Positions 14,871 to 23,773 of a stretch of DNA of 36,193 bases are shown piece after piece. The notes under the pieces were generated by a model that did no database searches, had not been told where the DNA came from, and saw nothing but the letters and a program-made list of their open reading frames with translations. The number at the start of each line of letters is the position of its first letter. Position 1 is the stretch's first letter. Position numbers and translations under genes: made by a program. The stretch covers positions 1-36,193 of the IMG/VR virus record IMGVR_UViG_3300027752_000050; one strand, 5' to 3'. This DNA is from a virus. Its lineage: Duplodnaviria > Caudoviricetes.

Positions 14871-16362
14871 ACCTCACCAGCAGAAGGGAATCGACATGGT
14901 TCGTGATTCCCTTCGTACAGGCCACATGAGGCCATTACTGGCAGCACCCTGTAGTTACGGAAAAACGTACGTGGCGCTAACAATGATGCTCGCTTACGCT
15001 GAGACAGGCCGTCGATCAGTGTTTTTCGCAGATAGAGTGAAGCTCGTGCAGCAAACGGCCGACACGCTGGACCACATGGGCATTGATTACTCTGTCATGC
15101 AGGCAGACGATCCAAGGTGGGACCCGCGCAAGCTTATTCAAATTGCGTCAATTCAAACGGCAGTGAATCGCCCTAACTTTGATTTTCACTTTGCCGTAGT
15201 GGACGAGGCCCATACTGTCTATAAGGGTTTCAAGGAGAAATACCTAGATCGCTACGACGCTATCCCGTTTGTTGCGCTTTCAGCCACGCCATTCAGCAAA
15301 GCCTTGGGGCAGGTTTGGGATGATCTATTAATCCCGATTACTAGCGAGGAGCTCACTGAGCTGGGCTACTTGGCGCCGATTGATTACTACGTCGGCAGCT
15401 CGGTAGATACCTCTGGCATTCGCACAATGCGCCTGCCCACTGGTGGAACTGAGTTTAATCCAAACGACCTAGGCGCTGCGATGGTAGAGGATGATCAGCT
15501 TAGCGGTGACATAGTGGAGAACTACCTAAAGCATTCGCCTGACGGCTCAAAGCGCGCGATTGCATTCTGCCCTACCATTGACCATAGCAAAACACTGGTA
15601 GACAAGTTTAACGCGCACCCAAGCGGAATCAAGGCTCGTCACATTGATGGTTATACCGAAGAAGATCTGAGGCGGGCATTGTACGCAGATCATAAGGCAG
15701 GGCTCTTTTCGGTGCTCTCATGCAGTCGCTTGCTCGGAACCGGATACGATGCGCCCTACGTAGAAATGTTGATTGATTGCTACCCGTGCAAATCGAAGAT
15801 AGATTTCGTGCAGCGCTGCGGAAGGGTGGCTAGGATATCTCCAGAAACTGGCAAAACACGCGCGATCTACCTTGATCACGCCGGCAACATTACACGCCAC
15901 GGCCAGCTCCCAGATACGATTGTGCCCTATCAGCTAGACGACGGCACCAAGCGTTACAACGAGGACCGGTTGATAGAGCAAGAAGAGCGCCAGCCAGTGC
16001 TCAGGCCGTGCCCAGTCTGCACAACTCAAATGAGCGGTAGACGGTGCAAGGCTTGCGGTTATGAGCTCCCTGTAGATTCTGAGATCTACACTGACAACGA
16101 GATACTCAAAAAGATTGAGCGTGAGAATATGCCCAAGCCTGAGCAGTTTTCAATAGACGATAAGTCTCGCTGGCTGTCAGAGCTCTACCACTACGCAAAT
16201 CTCAAAGGCTTTAAGCAAGGCTGGGCCCACTATAAGTACCAAGAGAAGTTCGGAGTAGCGCCGGCCAGAGTTAATCTCACCAAGGTTGACGGAATCTCTC
16301 TCGAGGTTAAGAACTGGATAACATCAAGGAACATTGCTAATGCACATCGACGAGCTCGCTAA
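14860..16362 (+). CDS. SF2 (DEAH/ResIII-type) helicase with C-terminal Zn ribbon
   Basis: LRPHQ Q-motif, APCSYGKT, VDEAH, LSATP, QRCGRVAR, and CPVC..CKACG. Confidence 0.93.
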   Translation: MELRPHQQKGIDMVRDSLRTGHMRPLLAAPCSYGKTYVALTMMLAYAETGRRSVFFADRVKLVQQTADTLDHMGIDYSVMQADDPRWDPRKLIQIASIQTAVNRPNFDFHFAVVDEAHTVYKGFKEKYLDRYDAIPFVALSATPFSKALGQVWDDLLIPITSEELTELGYLAPIDYYVGSSVDTSGIRTMRLPTGGTEFNPNDLGAAMVEDDQLSGDIVENYLKHSPDGSKRAIAFCPTIDHSKTLVDKFNAHPSGIKARHIDGYTEEDLRRALYADHKAGLFSVLSCSRLLGTGYDAPYVEMLIDCYPCKSKIDFVQRCGRVARISPETGKTRAIYLDHAGNITRHGQLPDTIVPYQLDDGTKRYNEDRLIEQEERQPVLRPCPVCTTQMSGRRCKACGYELPVDSEIYTDNEILKKIERENMPKPEQFSIDDKSRWLSELYHYANLKGFKQGWAHYKYQEKFGVAPARVNLTKVDGISLEVKNWITSRNIANAHRRAR

Positions 16363-16765
16363 CCTCTGCGACAAGCCTCGCAAGAACTCCAAGGGCTGGA
16401 CCGTATGCTGTCCGGTTCACGGTGAGACCAATCCCAGCATGGGGATAACTACTGGCCGCAAGGGTGACATCATTGCAAACTGCTTTGCGTGTGGCGCTAA
16501 CGGGATGGACCTCGCTGACGCACTGGGAATAAACAAATCAGAGCTCTTCGCGCAACCTCTGCAAAAGGGGCAGGACAGGCACTGGCAACTGAACTCTACA
16601 ACGGACTTAGATGATGGCTTTATTGTAATCCACGAGAGCGCCCTAAAGCGCGGCGAGAAGCCACGCTATGACGACATGGTAGAGTATAAGCAAGCAAAGG
16701 CTAGACGAGCTCAGAGATTCGCTCTGGGCCTACAACAGACGATAATCCCATGGAAGAAACTTTAA
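16334..16765 (+). CDS. CHC2-type primase Zn-binding-domain protein without catalytic domain
   Basis: CPVHGETNPSM...NCFACGANG; only 143 aa (start may be 16340). Confidence 0.8.
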   Translation: MLMHIDELANLCDKPRKNSKGWTVCCPVHGETNPSMGITTGRKGDIIANCFACGANGMDLADALGINKSELFAQPLQKGQDRHWQLNSTTDLDDGFIVIHESALKRGEKPRYDDMVEYKQAKARRAQRFALGLQQTIIPWKKL

Positions 16766-16980
16766 TGGTTAATACAGAACATGACAGAGAGAAGGACAAG
16801 CTTCTGGTAAAGCTTGCTCAGGACAAGGCGGCTTACTTCGCCGCTGGTGGCAAGGTTACTAACTACCCTGCCCAGACCTTTGCCTCAGACCTTCACAGCG
16901 ACTACAACGCCAGAAACAAGAAGGTGAACCTTCGGTTCGGATCAAGAATAGAGCCTAGTTTCCCTGATGCCGTGTTATAA
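16750..16980 (+). CDS. Small protein with SutA-RBD-like F..GGK motif
   Basis: KAAYFAAGGKVT resembles the helix-F-x-x-x-GG-x-I/V motif; last gene before the late genes. Confidence 0.55.
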   Translation: MEETLMVNTEHDREKDKLLVKLAQDKAAYFAAGGKVTNYPAQTFASDLHSDYNARNKKVNLRFGSRIEPSFPDAVL

Positions 16981-16981
16981 T
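16973..16981 (+). promoter_or_regulatory. Extended -10 promoter upstream of terS
   Basis: TG-T-TATAAT with no consensus -35. Confidence 0.6.
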
Positions 16982-17015
16982 TCAGCAATATGAAGCATTT
17001 ACAGGATTTATCAAA

Positions 17016-17387
17016 ATGAGCTCAGAAGGTCGTCCGCCTAGGGTGTTTTCACCAGCAGAAATTGAAGAGTGCCAGCGCTTGGCCGCGTCAATAACCAAGC
17101 GCCAGCTCGCAGATTATTTTGGTTGTAGTTTCAATACCTTGCAGGCCGCTATGCAAAGGCAGCCTGAATTTAATGAAGCTTACAGAAAGGGTAAGGCTAT
17201 GGCGATCATTCAGATGGCCGGATCATTGCAGATGAAGGGGCTCGACGGTGACGTGGGAGCTGCTAAGTTCTGGCTATCTCACCAAGCCGGATGGTCCGAG
17301 ACCAAGCGCACCGAGCTCTCTGGTCCTAACGGCGACCCCATTGAGATGGACGTTGACATGAAATGGACTATCGAGGTCGTTGAATGA
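17016..17387 (+). CDS. terS: Terminase small subunit
   Basis: GRP N-terminus, HTH (QLADYFGCS), AAKFWL..GW, ELSGPNGDPI tail; directly upstream of terL. Confidence 0.88.
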   Translation: MSSEGRPPRVFSPAEIEECQRLAASITKRQLADYFGCSFNTLQAAMQRQPEFNEAYRKGKAMAIIQMAGSLQMKGLDGDVGAAKFWLSHQAGWSETKRTELSGPNGDPIEMDVDMKWTIEVVE

Positions 17388-18807
17388 GTGCCTACACATA
17401 ATGCCTGCGATGCAAATCCCCAAGAAGCTTCAGCCTTTCCTTAAGCCTAAGCGCATCAAGGTCGCACTGGGCGGAAGGGGAAGTGGGAAAAGCATGAGCA
17501 TCGCGGACCTGTGCCTGATGGACGCAATGACCAAGGGCATCAAGACGCTTTGCTTTCGTGAGTTCCAGAACAGCATAGACGACTCGGTGCTTAGCATCCT
17601 GCGCGCTGAGATAGAGCGCCTGAACCTTAGTGGATTTGATGTCCAAAAGTCTCAGATCCTGTACAACGAAGAGCCCGCGTTCCGCTTCAAGGGTATGGCT
17701 CGGGACCCAGAGGCAATTAAATCGGCGCACGGGTTCCAAAGGTTCTGGGTCGAGGAAGCTCAGACAATATCCTTTGACTCTCTCAAGGCCCTAACGCCTA
17801 CACTCCGCGAGGAGGGCTCGGAGCTCTGGTTCTCGGCTAACCCTCGGTCCTCACTAGACGCGTTCAGTCAGCGCTTTATCAAGCCGTTTGAGAAGGAGCT
17901 TCTGCGCGACGGGTTCTATGAGGACGAAGATCATCTGATCATCATGATCAACATTGAGGACAACTCTCTAGCGCCTGACGTTCTCAAGCGTGAGATGGAG
18001 GGCGACAGGGATAGGATGAGCCCTGCCCTCTTTGACCATGTGTGGCGTGGTCACTTCTTGGATGACGTTGAGGATTCTATCATTCCAGCAGAGTGGTTTG
18101 ATGCAGCGATTGATGCTCACGTTAAGCTAGGCTTTGAGGGCACCGGAGCAATCATCGCCTCACACGACCCCTCAGACGAAGGCGGGGACAGTAAAGGCTT
18201 TGCTCTACGCAAGGGGTCAGTAGTCCTAGACATCTGCGAGAAGGTCACAGGCGACGTTGCAGAGGGTATGGACTGGGCGCTGCGCAAGGCCCGCGAGTGT
18301 CAGGCCGATTGGTTCGTCTGGGACTGTGACGGCATGGGCATAGCGCTTAAGCGTCAGGTAGATGCCGAGCTCGAGTCTACTGCAATGCAGAAGCACCAGT
18401 TCAGGGGCTCAGAGTCACCTGATGACGCAATGATCCCCTACAGCGGCTCAGACTCTAAGACCAACCGCGACACGTTCCTGAATAAGCGCGCGCAGTACTG
18501 GTGGAAGCTCAGGGACCGCTTCGAGGCAACCTATCGCGCAGTGACAAAGGGTGAGTATATAGACCCCGAGAATCTCATCTCTCTGTCGTCTGAAATCCCC
18601 GTATTACAGCAGCTCAGGTCCGAGGTGTGTCGTATACCACAAAAAAGGTCAAACAATGGTAAAATCGCCATAATGACCAAGATAGACATGGCGAAGAAAT
18701 ATCAACTGCCCTCACCTAACATGGGCGACGCACTAATGATGGCGATGTTTTCGCCGAAACAGATCGCCAAGCAGGCGGTCAAAATCAATTTTCAGGGCTG
18801 GGGCTAG
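17380..18807 (+). CDS. terL: Terminase large subunit (PBSX-like; start may be 17401)
   Basis: GGRGSGKS Walker A, CFREFQNSI, WVEEAQ Walker B, SANP; nuclease acidic residues HDPSDEG and SPNMGDALMM. Confidence 0.96.
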   Translation: MNECLHIMPAMQIPKKLQPFLKPKRIKVALGGRGSGKSMSIADLCLMDAMTKGIKTLCFREFQNSIDDSVLSILRAEIERLNLSGFDVQKSQILYNEEPAFRFKGMARDPEAIKSAHGFQRFWVEEAQTISFDSLKALTPTLREEGSELWFSANPRSSLDAFSQRFIKPFEKELLRDGFYEDEDHLIIMINIEDNSLAPDVLKREMEGDRDRMSPALFDHVWRGHFLDDVEDSIIPAEWFDAAIDAHVKLGFEGTGAIIASHDPSDEGGDSKGFALRKGSVVLDICEKVTGDVAEGMDWALRKARECQADWFVWDCDGMGIALKRQVDAELESTAMQKHQFRGSESPDDAMIPYSGSDSKTNRDTFLNKRAQYWWKLRDRFEATYRAVTKGEYIDPENLISLSSEIPVLQQLRSEVCRIPQKRSNNGKIAIMTKIDMAKKYQLPSPNMGDALMMAMFSPKQIAKQAVKINFQGWG

Positions 18808-18810
18808 ACT

Positions 18811-21072
18811 ATGGCTGAGTACGAGAACGGAAAGGAAGAGAAGGAAGAGGATCAGGAGTCGGGCCAGTACACCGAGGACGATCTCTCGTACAAGGCTGAT
18901 TACGATGAGCATCAAGACGTAATCAACTTGCTGTCTTCTTGCCAAGAGGCCGACCACGACAACCGCGAGAACGCTCGTGAGTCTCACTTGTTCATAGATA
19001 AAAGGGACGGTCAGTGGGAGCCCATGTTCTGGAATTCGAACGCTAATCGTCCGCGCTATCAGTTCGACTCAGTGAACCCAATCATTGACCAGATCTCTAG
19101 CGGCATCGAGGATGCTGACTACGATATCAGGGTGAGCCCAGCAGGCGGCAATGCGACGAAAGACGTTGCAGCGACCTATGACGGCATTATCCGCAACATT
19201 GAGAACCTATCTAACGCTAAGCAGATCTACTCTCAGGCAGCTCGTGGCATGGTCACCGGTGGCTTTGATGCGTGGCGTGTATGCCATAAGTATGCAGACG
19301 ACAACTCATTCGATCAGGACATCATGATCGAGAAGATTTCTAACCCGCTTGATCGGGTATGGTTTGATCCGGCAGCAGAGAAGCAGGATAAGAGCGACTC
19401 TCGCTATGCGTTCGTGCTGCATCCGGTAGCTGTAGATGAATACGAAAGCCGCTGGCCTGAGGGCTCTGGTGAGTCTGTCTCTGATGACCGTGACGGCGAT
19501 GCTTACTTTGACAAGGCCGAGGTCATTGTTGTCGGTGAGTTCCTGTATGTAGAGTCTGAGGACCGCGAGCTTGTGCTTATGAGCAACGGCCAGACCCATG
19601 AGGTCAGTGACGACTTTGACAAGATCAAAGACGACCTTGAGGCTATCGGGGTGACCGAGGTTAAGCGCCGCAAGCGCAAGATGCACAAGGTCTGCTCTAG
19701 GTTCTTTGATGGCAAGGACTGGCTAGAGGATGACCGCGACACAGTGTTCAACCGAATCCCTGTTGTGCCTGTATACGGCAACTTCAAGATTTTCGAGAAC
19801 AAGACGATCTACTGGGGCGTGGTTGAGAAGCTACTAGATCCGCAGCGCGTCCTTAACTACGCGATGAGCCGTGAAATCGAAGAGGGAGCTCTGGCGCCAC
19901 GGGCCAAGTACTGGATGACCCCTGCCCAAGGATTAGGGCACGAGGACCAGCTACGCACTCTAAACACAAACAATGATCCGGTGCAGTTCTTTAACGCTGA
20001 CCCTGAGTTTCCATCGGTCCCACAGCAAAACGGTGGAGCTCAGATCAACGCAGGTTTGCGCACTGTTGCTCAGGCAATGCAGGGCATGATCAACGCAACG
20101 GCTGGTATGTTTGCAGCCAACATGGGCGACAATCCTAACGCTCAGTCAGGCGTTGCTATACGCCAGCTACAAGACAAGGGCGACAACGGTACTCTCAAGT
20201 ACAGCCGATCAATGGAAATCGCCATACAGGCTACAGGCCAGCTCATCAAGGACGCCATCCCCAAGGTCTACGATACCGAGCGGACTATTCGTGTTCTCAA
20301 GGAAGACGAGTCCTATGACATGGCGGACATTAACCAGAAGGTGGTTGATAACGCTACCGGCGAGATCGTGGTGATAAACGACCTGAGCGTTGGTGTCTAC
20401 GACGTAGTATGCAAGGCCGGCCCAAGCTACAAGAATCGCCAGCAAGAGACTGTAGAGGCCATCACCAATCTAGCGCAGATAGACCCGTCGCTGATGCAGA
20501 TCGCCGGCGACCTACTACTGCAAAGCGTGGCTACCCCAGCGGCAGGCCAGATCGCAGAACGCAAGCGGGCCCAGATGATTCAGCAGGGCTTGATCCCTAT
20601 GAAGCAGCTAACCGAGGAAGAGATGGCCGAAATGCAGCAGCAGCAGATGCAGGCACAAGGCCAGCAGCAGCAGCCTGATGCGGCAATGGTTCTCGCTCAG
20701 GCGGAAGGCATGAAAGCTCAGGCAGAAATGCTCAAGGCCCAAGTGGACCAAGCCAAGCTACAAAATGACCAGATGAAGCTACAGATCGAAGCTCAGAAGC
20801 TACAGCTAGAGCAAGCCAAGATCGAAACGCAGGCTATGGACTCTCAGTCTAGCGCTCAGATCGACGGGTTCAACGCAGAGACCAAGCGCATTGATTCTCA
20901 GATCAAAGCTCAGCAGGCCGGTGCGACTATTGACCGAACGCAGATTCAGGCATTCGGTGACGAGCTCGACAATCAAGCCAAGATGAACGACATGATGGAT
21001 GAGCAGCGCCGTAAGGCTCAACTCGGCATGATGAGCCCTGAAGACCTTATGAGGATTGCTAACGGTGGCTAA
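18811..21072 (+). CDS. Portal protein, P22 gp1-like with Gln-rich C-terminal coiled coil
   Basis: Follows terL; GQW, IPVVPVYG, DPQR..NY and SGVAI motifs; 753 aa. Confidence 0.92.
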   Translation: MAEYENGKEEKEEDQESGQYTEDDLSYKADYDEHQDVINLLSSCQEADHDNRENARESHLFIDKRDGQWEPMFWNSNANRPRYQFDSVNPIIDQISSGIEDADYDIRVSPAGGNATKDVAATYDGIIRNIENLSNAKQIYSQAARGMVTGGFDAWRVCHKYADDNSFDQDIMIEKISNPLDRVWFDPAAEKQDKSDSRYAFVLHPVAVDEYESRWPEGSGESVSDDRDGDAYFDKAEVIVVGEFLYVESEDRELVLMSNGQTHEVSDDFDKIKDDLEAIGVTEVKRRKRKMHKVCSRFFDGKDWLEDDRDTVFNRIPVVPVYGNFKIFENKTIYWGVVEKLLDPQRVLNYAMSREIEEGALAPRAKYWMTPAQGLGHEDQLRTLNTNNDPVQFFNADPEFPSVPQQNGGAQINAGLRTVAQAMQGMINATAGMFAANMGDNPNAQSGVAIRQLQDKGDNGTLKYSRSMEIAIQATGQLIKDAIPKVYDTERTIRVLKEDESYDMADINQKVVDNATGEIVVINDLSVGVYDVVCKAGPSYKNRQQETVEAITNLAQIDPSLMQIAGDLLLQSVATPAAGQIAERKRAQMIQQGLIPMKQLTEEEMAEMQQQQMQAQGQQQQPDAAMVLAQAEGMKAQAEMLKAQVDQAKLQNDQMKLQIEAQKLQLEQAKIETQAMDSQSSAQIDGFNAETKRIDSQIKAQQAGATIDRTQIQAFGDELDNQAKMNDMMDEQRRKAQLGMMSPEDLMRIANGG

Positions 21073-22645
21073 AACCAATCAGGAGCTCGCTCAAGAGCAG
21101 TTAGACTCCATGGGTATACAGTGGCAGTACGGCGGAGACCGATCAAAGGTCAGCGCCATTACTGCGCCATTCTTGGGCGAACGCAGGCAAGTCATTCGCC
21201 CAGAGCAAAGCATGATCGTGGGCTACGAGCCTAGCGGCGAAGCTATCATTGAGACAATCCCTGCCCAGTACGGCGAGACTGAATACGACTCCTCATACGC
21301 TCCAGCTAGGCGCACAATGTCTTCTCTTAACGACGTTCTGTTCGGCGATGCCAATAAGCAAAACGCCGCAATAGGCGGGGCCGTTACTGCGCTTAAAGGA
21401 TTGCCTGAATATGCCAAGTCGCAGTATCAGGCAGGCATGGCAGGCGGGGTCTCATTTGATCCCGAGACTAACACGCTAACTGAATTTGATCCGATGAACG
21501 TGCCTCTAGGCATGGCTCCGGCAGGCATTGCAGGCGTTGCGTCTACCGGTGCTGGAGAGCTAACTCTAGGCGCCATGGGCAGCAAGATGCGCCGCCAAGG
21601 CATGACCAGAGAAGAAGGTATCGCGGACGCAAAGCAATTGATGCGCGAGCATACAGCCGTCCCCATTGAGGATTTCAAGCCGTTAGAAGGGGCCCCCAAG
21701 TACAGCGGCCCTCTTGATATGGCTGGGGTGGATTCGCCGAACTCTCGTTTTGCTGCAATCTCAGCAGAGAACCCGCCAAAAAAGACTAAAGATGAGCCTA
21801 GCTTAACTGACGAGGAGAATATCCGCAGATCAAATGAGCTTGGCGACTATCTGATTGACGAGTACGGAGTCGACAACGTATCTCTGGTGAAGGGTGATTA
21901 TGGCGGTCCTGAGCGCACGTTTATGGTTGAAGGCATGGACCCTATCGCTGCGGCAAACATCGGCAACCGCTACGGTCAGGACTCAGTGTTTACGGACAGA
22001 GGCATACTATATACCTCTGGATCCCGCAGAACTGGAGAAAGGGAGCAGATCAGTCCGTTGACTGGCGAGTACGGGCAGCAGGTCTATAAACCTAATATAG
22101 ATCCAGAGCTGGATAGTTTCTACACTGAGATTCAGCCAGAGCGCGGCGATCCTATCCGATTTAGTTTCCCTATCGACTTCAACACGAAGCTCGAATACCC
22201 CAGCGGCGAACTTGCACCTGCAAGCGCTAGAGGCGTTCACTTCAGCCGGAAAGAGGGATTGACTGAGACAAACCCAGAATACTACGGCACAGGCTCGGCT
22301 GGGGCAGAGGAGGCTTTTGTAGGCCGTGGGCGTAGAGCGTATGGGGAAGGACCGCTAAGAACGTATTTCTACACGCCTTCAGGGTCTGAGCTTGACGTAA
22401 GGCCAGAGCAAATAGTGACTGGCGCCAATCGTTACAAGAGCACCCTGAATAACCTGTACGACATCAAGAGCGACCCAGAGGGCTTGGTTTCGTTTTCTAA
22501 GGGCCGCACTGACTTAGAGCGGATGGTGCAGTCACGAGGCTACTCAGGGATACTAACCGACTCGCTATCCAGCCCAGAAATGGGCAGGTCCGGATCTGCT
22601 GCGGTATTTGGTAATCAGCCGGTATCAAGTCTACGGGAGCCCTAG
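21065..22645 (+). CDS. Portal-adjacent multidomain protein: DUF3293-like domain plus C-terminal ADP-ribosyltransferase-like domain
   Basis: GTG 21065 after GAGGA (track start 21056). AISAENP...G.YG..E.TF.V...GNRYGQDSVF, then VHFS..YGTG..RTYFY..NLYD..GYSG..AVF. Confidence 0.6.
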   Translation: MAKTNQELAQEQLDSMGIQWQYGGDRSKVSAITAPFLGERRQVIRPEQSMIVGYEPSGEAIIETIPAQYGETEYDSSYAPARRTMSSLNDVLFGDANKQNAAIGGAVTALKGLPEYAKSQYQAGMAGGVSFDPETNTLTEFDPMNVPLGMAPAGIAGVASTGAGELTLGAMGSKMRRQGMTREEGIADAKQLMREHTAVPIEDFKPLEGAPKYSGPLDMAGVDSPNSRFAAISAENPPKKTKDEPSLTDEENIRRSNELGDYLIDEYGVDNVSLVKGDYGGPERTFMVEGMDPIAAANIGNRYGQDSVFTDRGILYTSGSRRTGEREQISPLTGEYGQQVYKPNIDPELDSFYTEIQPERGDPIRFSFPIDFNTKLEYPSGELAPASARGVHFSRKEGLTETNPEYYGTGSAGAEEAFVGRGRRAYGEGPLRTYFYTPSGSELDVRPEQIVTGANRYKSTLNNLYDIKSDPEGLVSFSKGRTDLERMVQSRGYSGILTDSLSSPEMGRSGSAAVFGNQPVSSLREP

Positions 22646-22815
22646 TCGGCTCCTGTTAGAATCCTGATCTTTCCTTCGAGCTCTTCTTCGAGCTCTTTGG
22701 ATCGCTCAAATTCACCGTAGGCGTGACAACTCAATATCTCTCCCACCATCGCCATCAAATCATCTGAGATCTGATCGGGATCGTCTGTCTCAAATACTTC
22801 GAATAAATCACTCAT
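22642..22815 (-). CDS. 57-aa acidic protein, the only credible minus-strand gene
   Basis: MSDLFEVFETDDPDQISDDLMAMVGEILSCHAYGEFERSKELEEELEGKIRILTGAD; fills the gap, and its stop overlaps the convergent gene's stop (CTAG). Confidence 0.65.
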   Translation of the reverse strand: MSDLFEVFETDDPDQISDDLMAMVGEILSCHAYGEFERSKELEEELEGKIRILTGAD

Positions 22816-22865
22816 AAATCACCGTTGGTCAAATTGACTAGATTTTGTTGATTTTAACCTCTTTA

Positions 22866-22874
22866 TGCTATAAT
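22866..22874 (+). promoter_or_regulatory. Extended -10 promoter for scaffold/coat
   Basis: TATG-C-TATAAT; TTGATT 15 bp upstream; GTCAA-A-TTGAC palindrome at 22828-22838. Confidence 0.7.
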
Positions 22875-22927
22875 CACCAACAGGCCACCAGACCTTCATC
22901 TGGGCATTTACCTTTAAGGGGCACAAC

Positions 22928-23758
22928 ATGAGCGAGCTGCAACCAGAAGACAACTACGAGTACGAATCCGAGGACGACGTAACCACGGAGCCGGAGGTAG
23001 AAGAAACTGAAGATTCTGCTGAGGAGCAGGATACCGATTCAGCACCGGAGGCGGGGGAGACCCCAGAGAAAGAAATCAAGTTCGATGAAGAGCAGCAGCG
23101 TGTATTTAACGATGCAGTCGGCAAGAAGGTTTTCAAGCTTCGAGAGAAGGAGCGTGAAGCTGAGTCGCTGAAAAAGCAGTTAGATGAGTTACAGGCCAAG
23201 CTTGGAGAACGTCAGGCGCCAAAGATTCCAGATCTGCCGGATCCGTTTAGACTCTCAGATGAAGAGTATAGACAGAGCCTACATAGAAGGGATCAGGCGC
23301 TTAGAGCCGCTGCGGAATACGATATGCAGCAGCAAGCCGTCCAGCAGCAGCAGCAAGCGCTAAAGCAGCAGGAATGGCAAAAGCAGCAGGAGGAAATGAC
23401 CACTAAGGTTAAGTCCTACTCTGACAGGGCAACTACATTCGGCATTACGCCGGAGCAGTTACAGGAAGCAGGCAACGCGGTAGCGCAGTTTGGGATCGAC
23501 GAATCTCTCGTGAATATTATTCTTGATGAGACCGACGGGCCCCTGATTACCAAGTACCTTGCCAAAAACCCGTTAGAGCTTGACGCGTTGCGATACCTGC
23601 CGCCAGCGCAAGCAGCAGTAAGGATAGCGACAGAAATCAAGCAGAAAGCTGCATCGCTTAAACCCAAGGTAAATAACGCTCCGGATCCGCTGGAGCAGCC
23701 GCATGGCGCTGGAAGTGCCCCCAAACCTAGGGGCCCGCAAGGCGCTACATTTGAATAG
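22928..23758 (+). CDS. Scaffolding protein
   Basis: Acidic N-terminus, coiled coil, GP...YLAKNP and APDP motifs; directly upstream of the coat gene. Confidence 0.85.
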   Translation: MSELQPEDNYEYESEDDVTTEPEVEETEDSAEEQDTDSAPEAGETPEKEIKFDEEQQRVFNDAVGKKVFKLREKEREAESLKKQLDELQAKLGERQAPKIPDLPDPFRLSDEEYRQSLHRRDQALRAAAEYDMQQQAVQQQQQALKQQEWQKQQEEMTTKVKSYSDRATTFGITPEQLQEAGNAVAQFGIDESLVNIILDETDGPLITKYLAKNPLELDALRYLPPAQAAVRIATEIKQKAASLKPKVNNAPDPLEQPHGAGSAPKPRGPQGATFE

Positions 23759-23773
23759 GAAAGGTAATAGATC

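Noticed and set aside
20630-23400. CAG-rich poly-Gln tracts in portal and scaffold
   Set aside because: Ordinary coiled-coil low complexity for these protein types.
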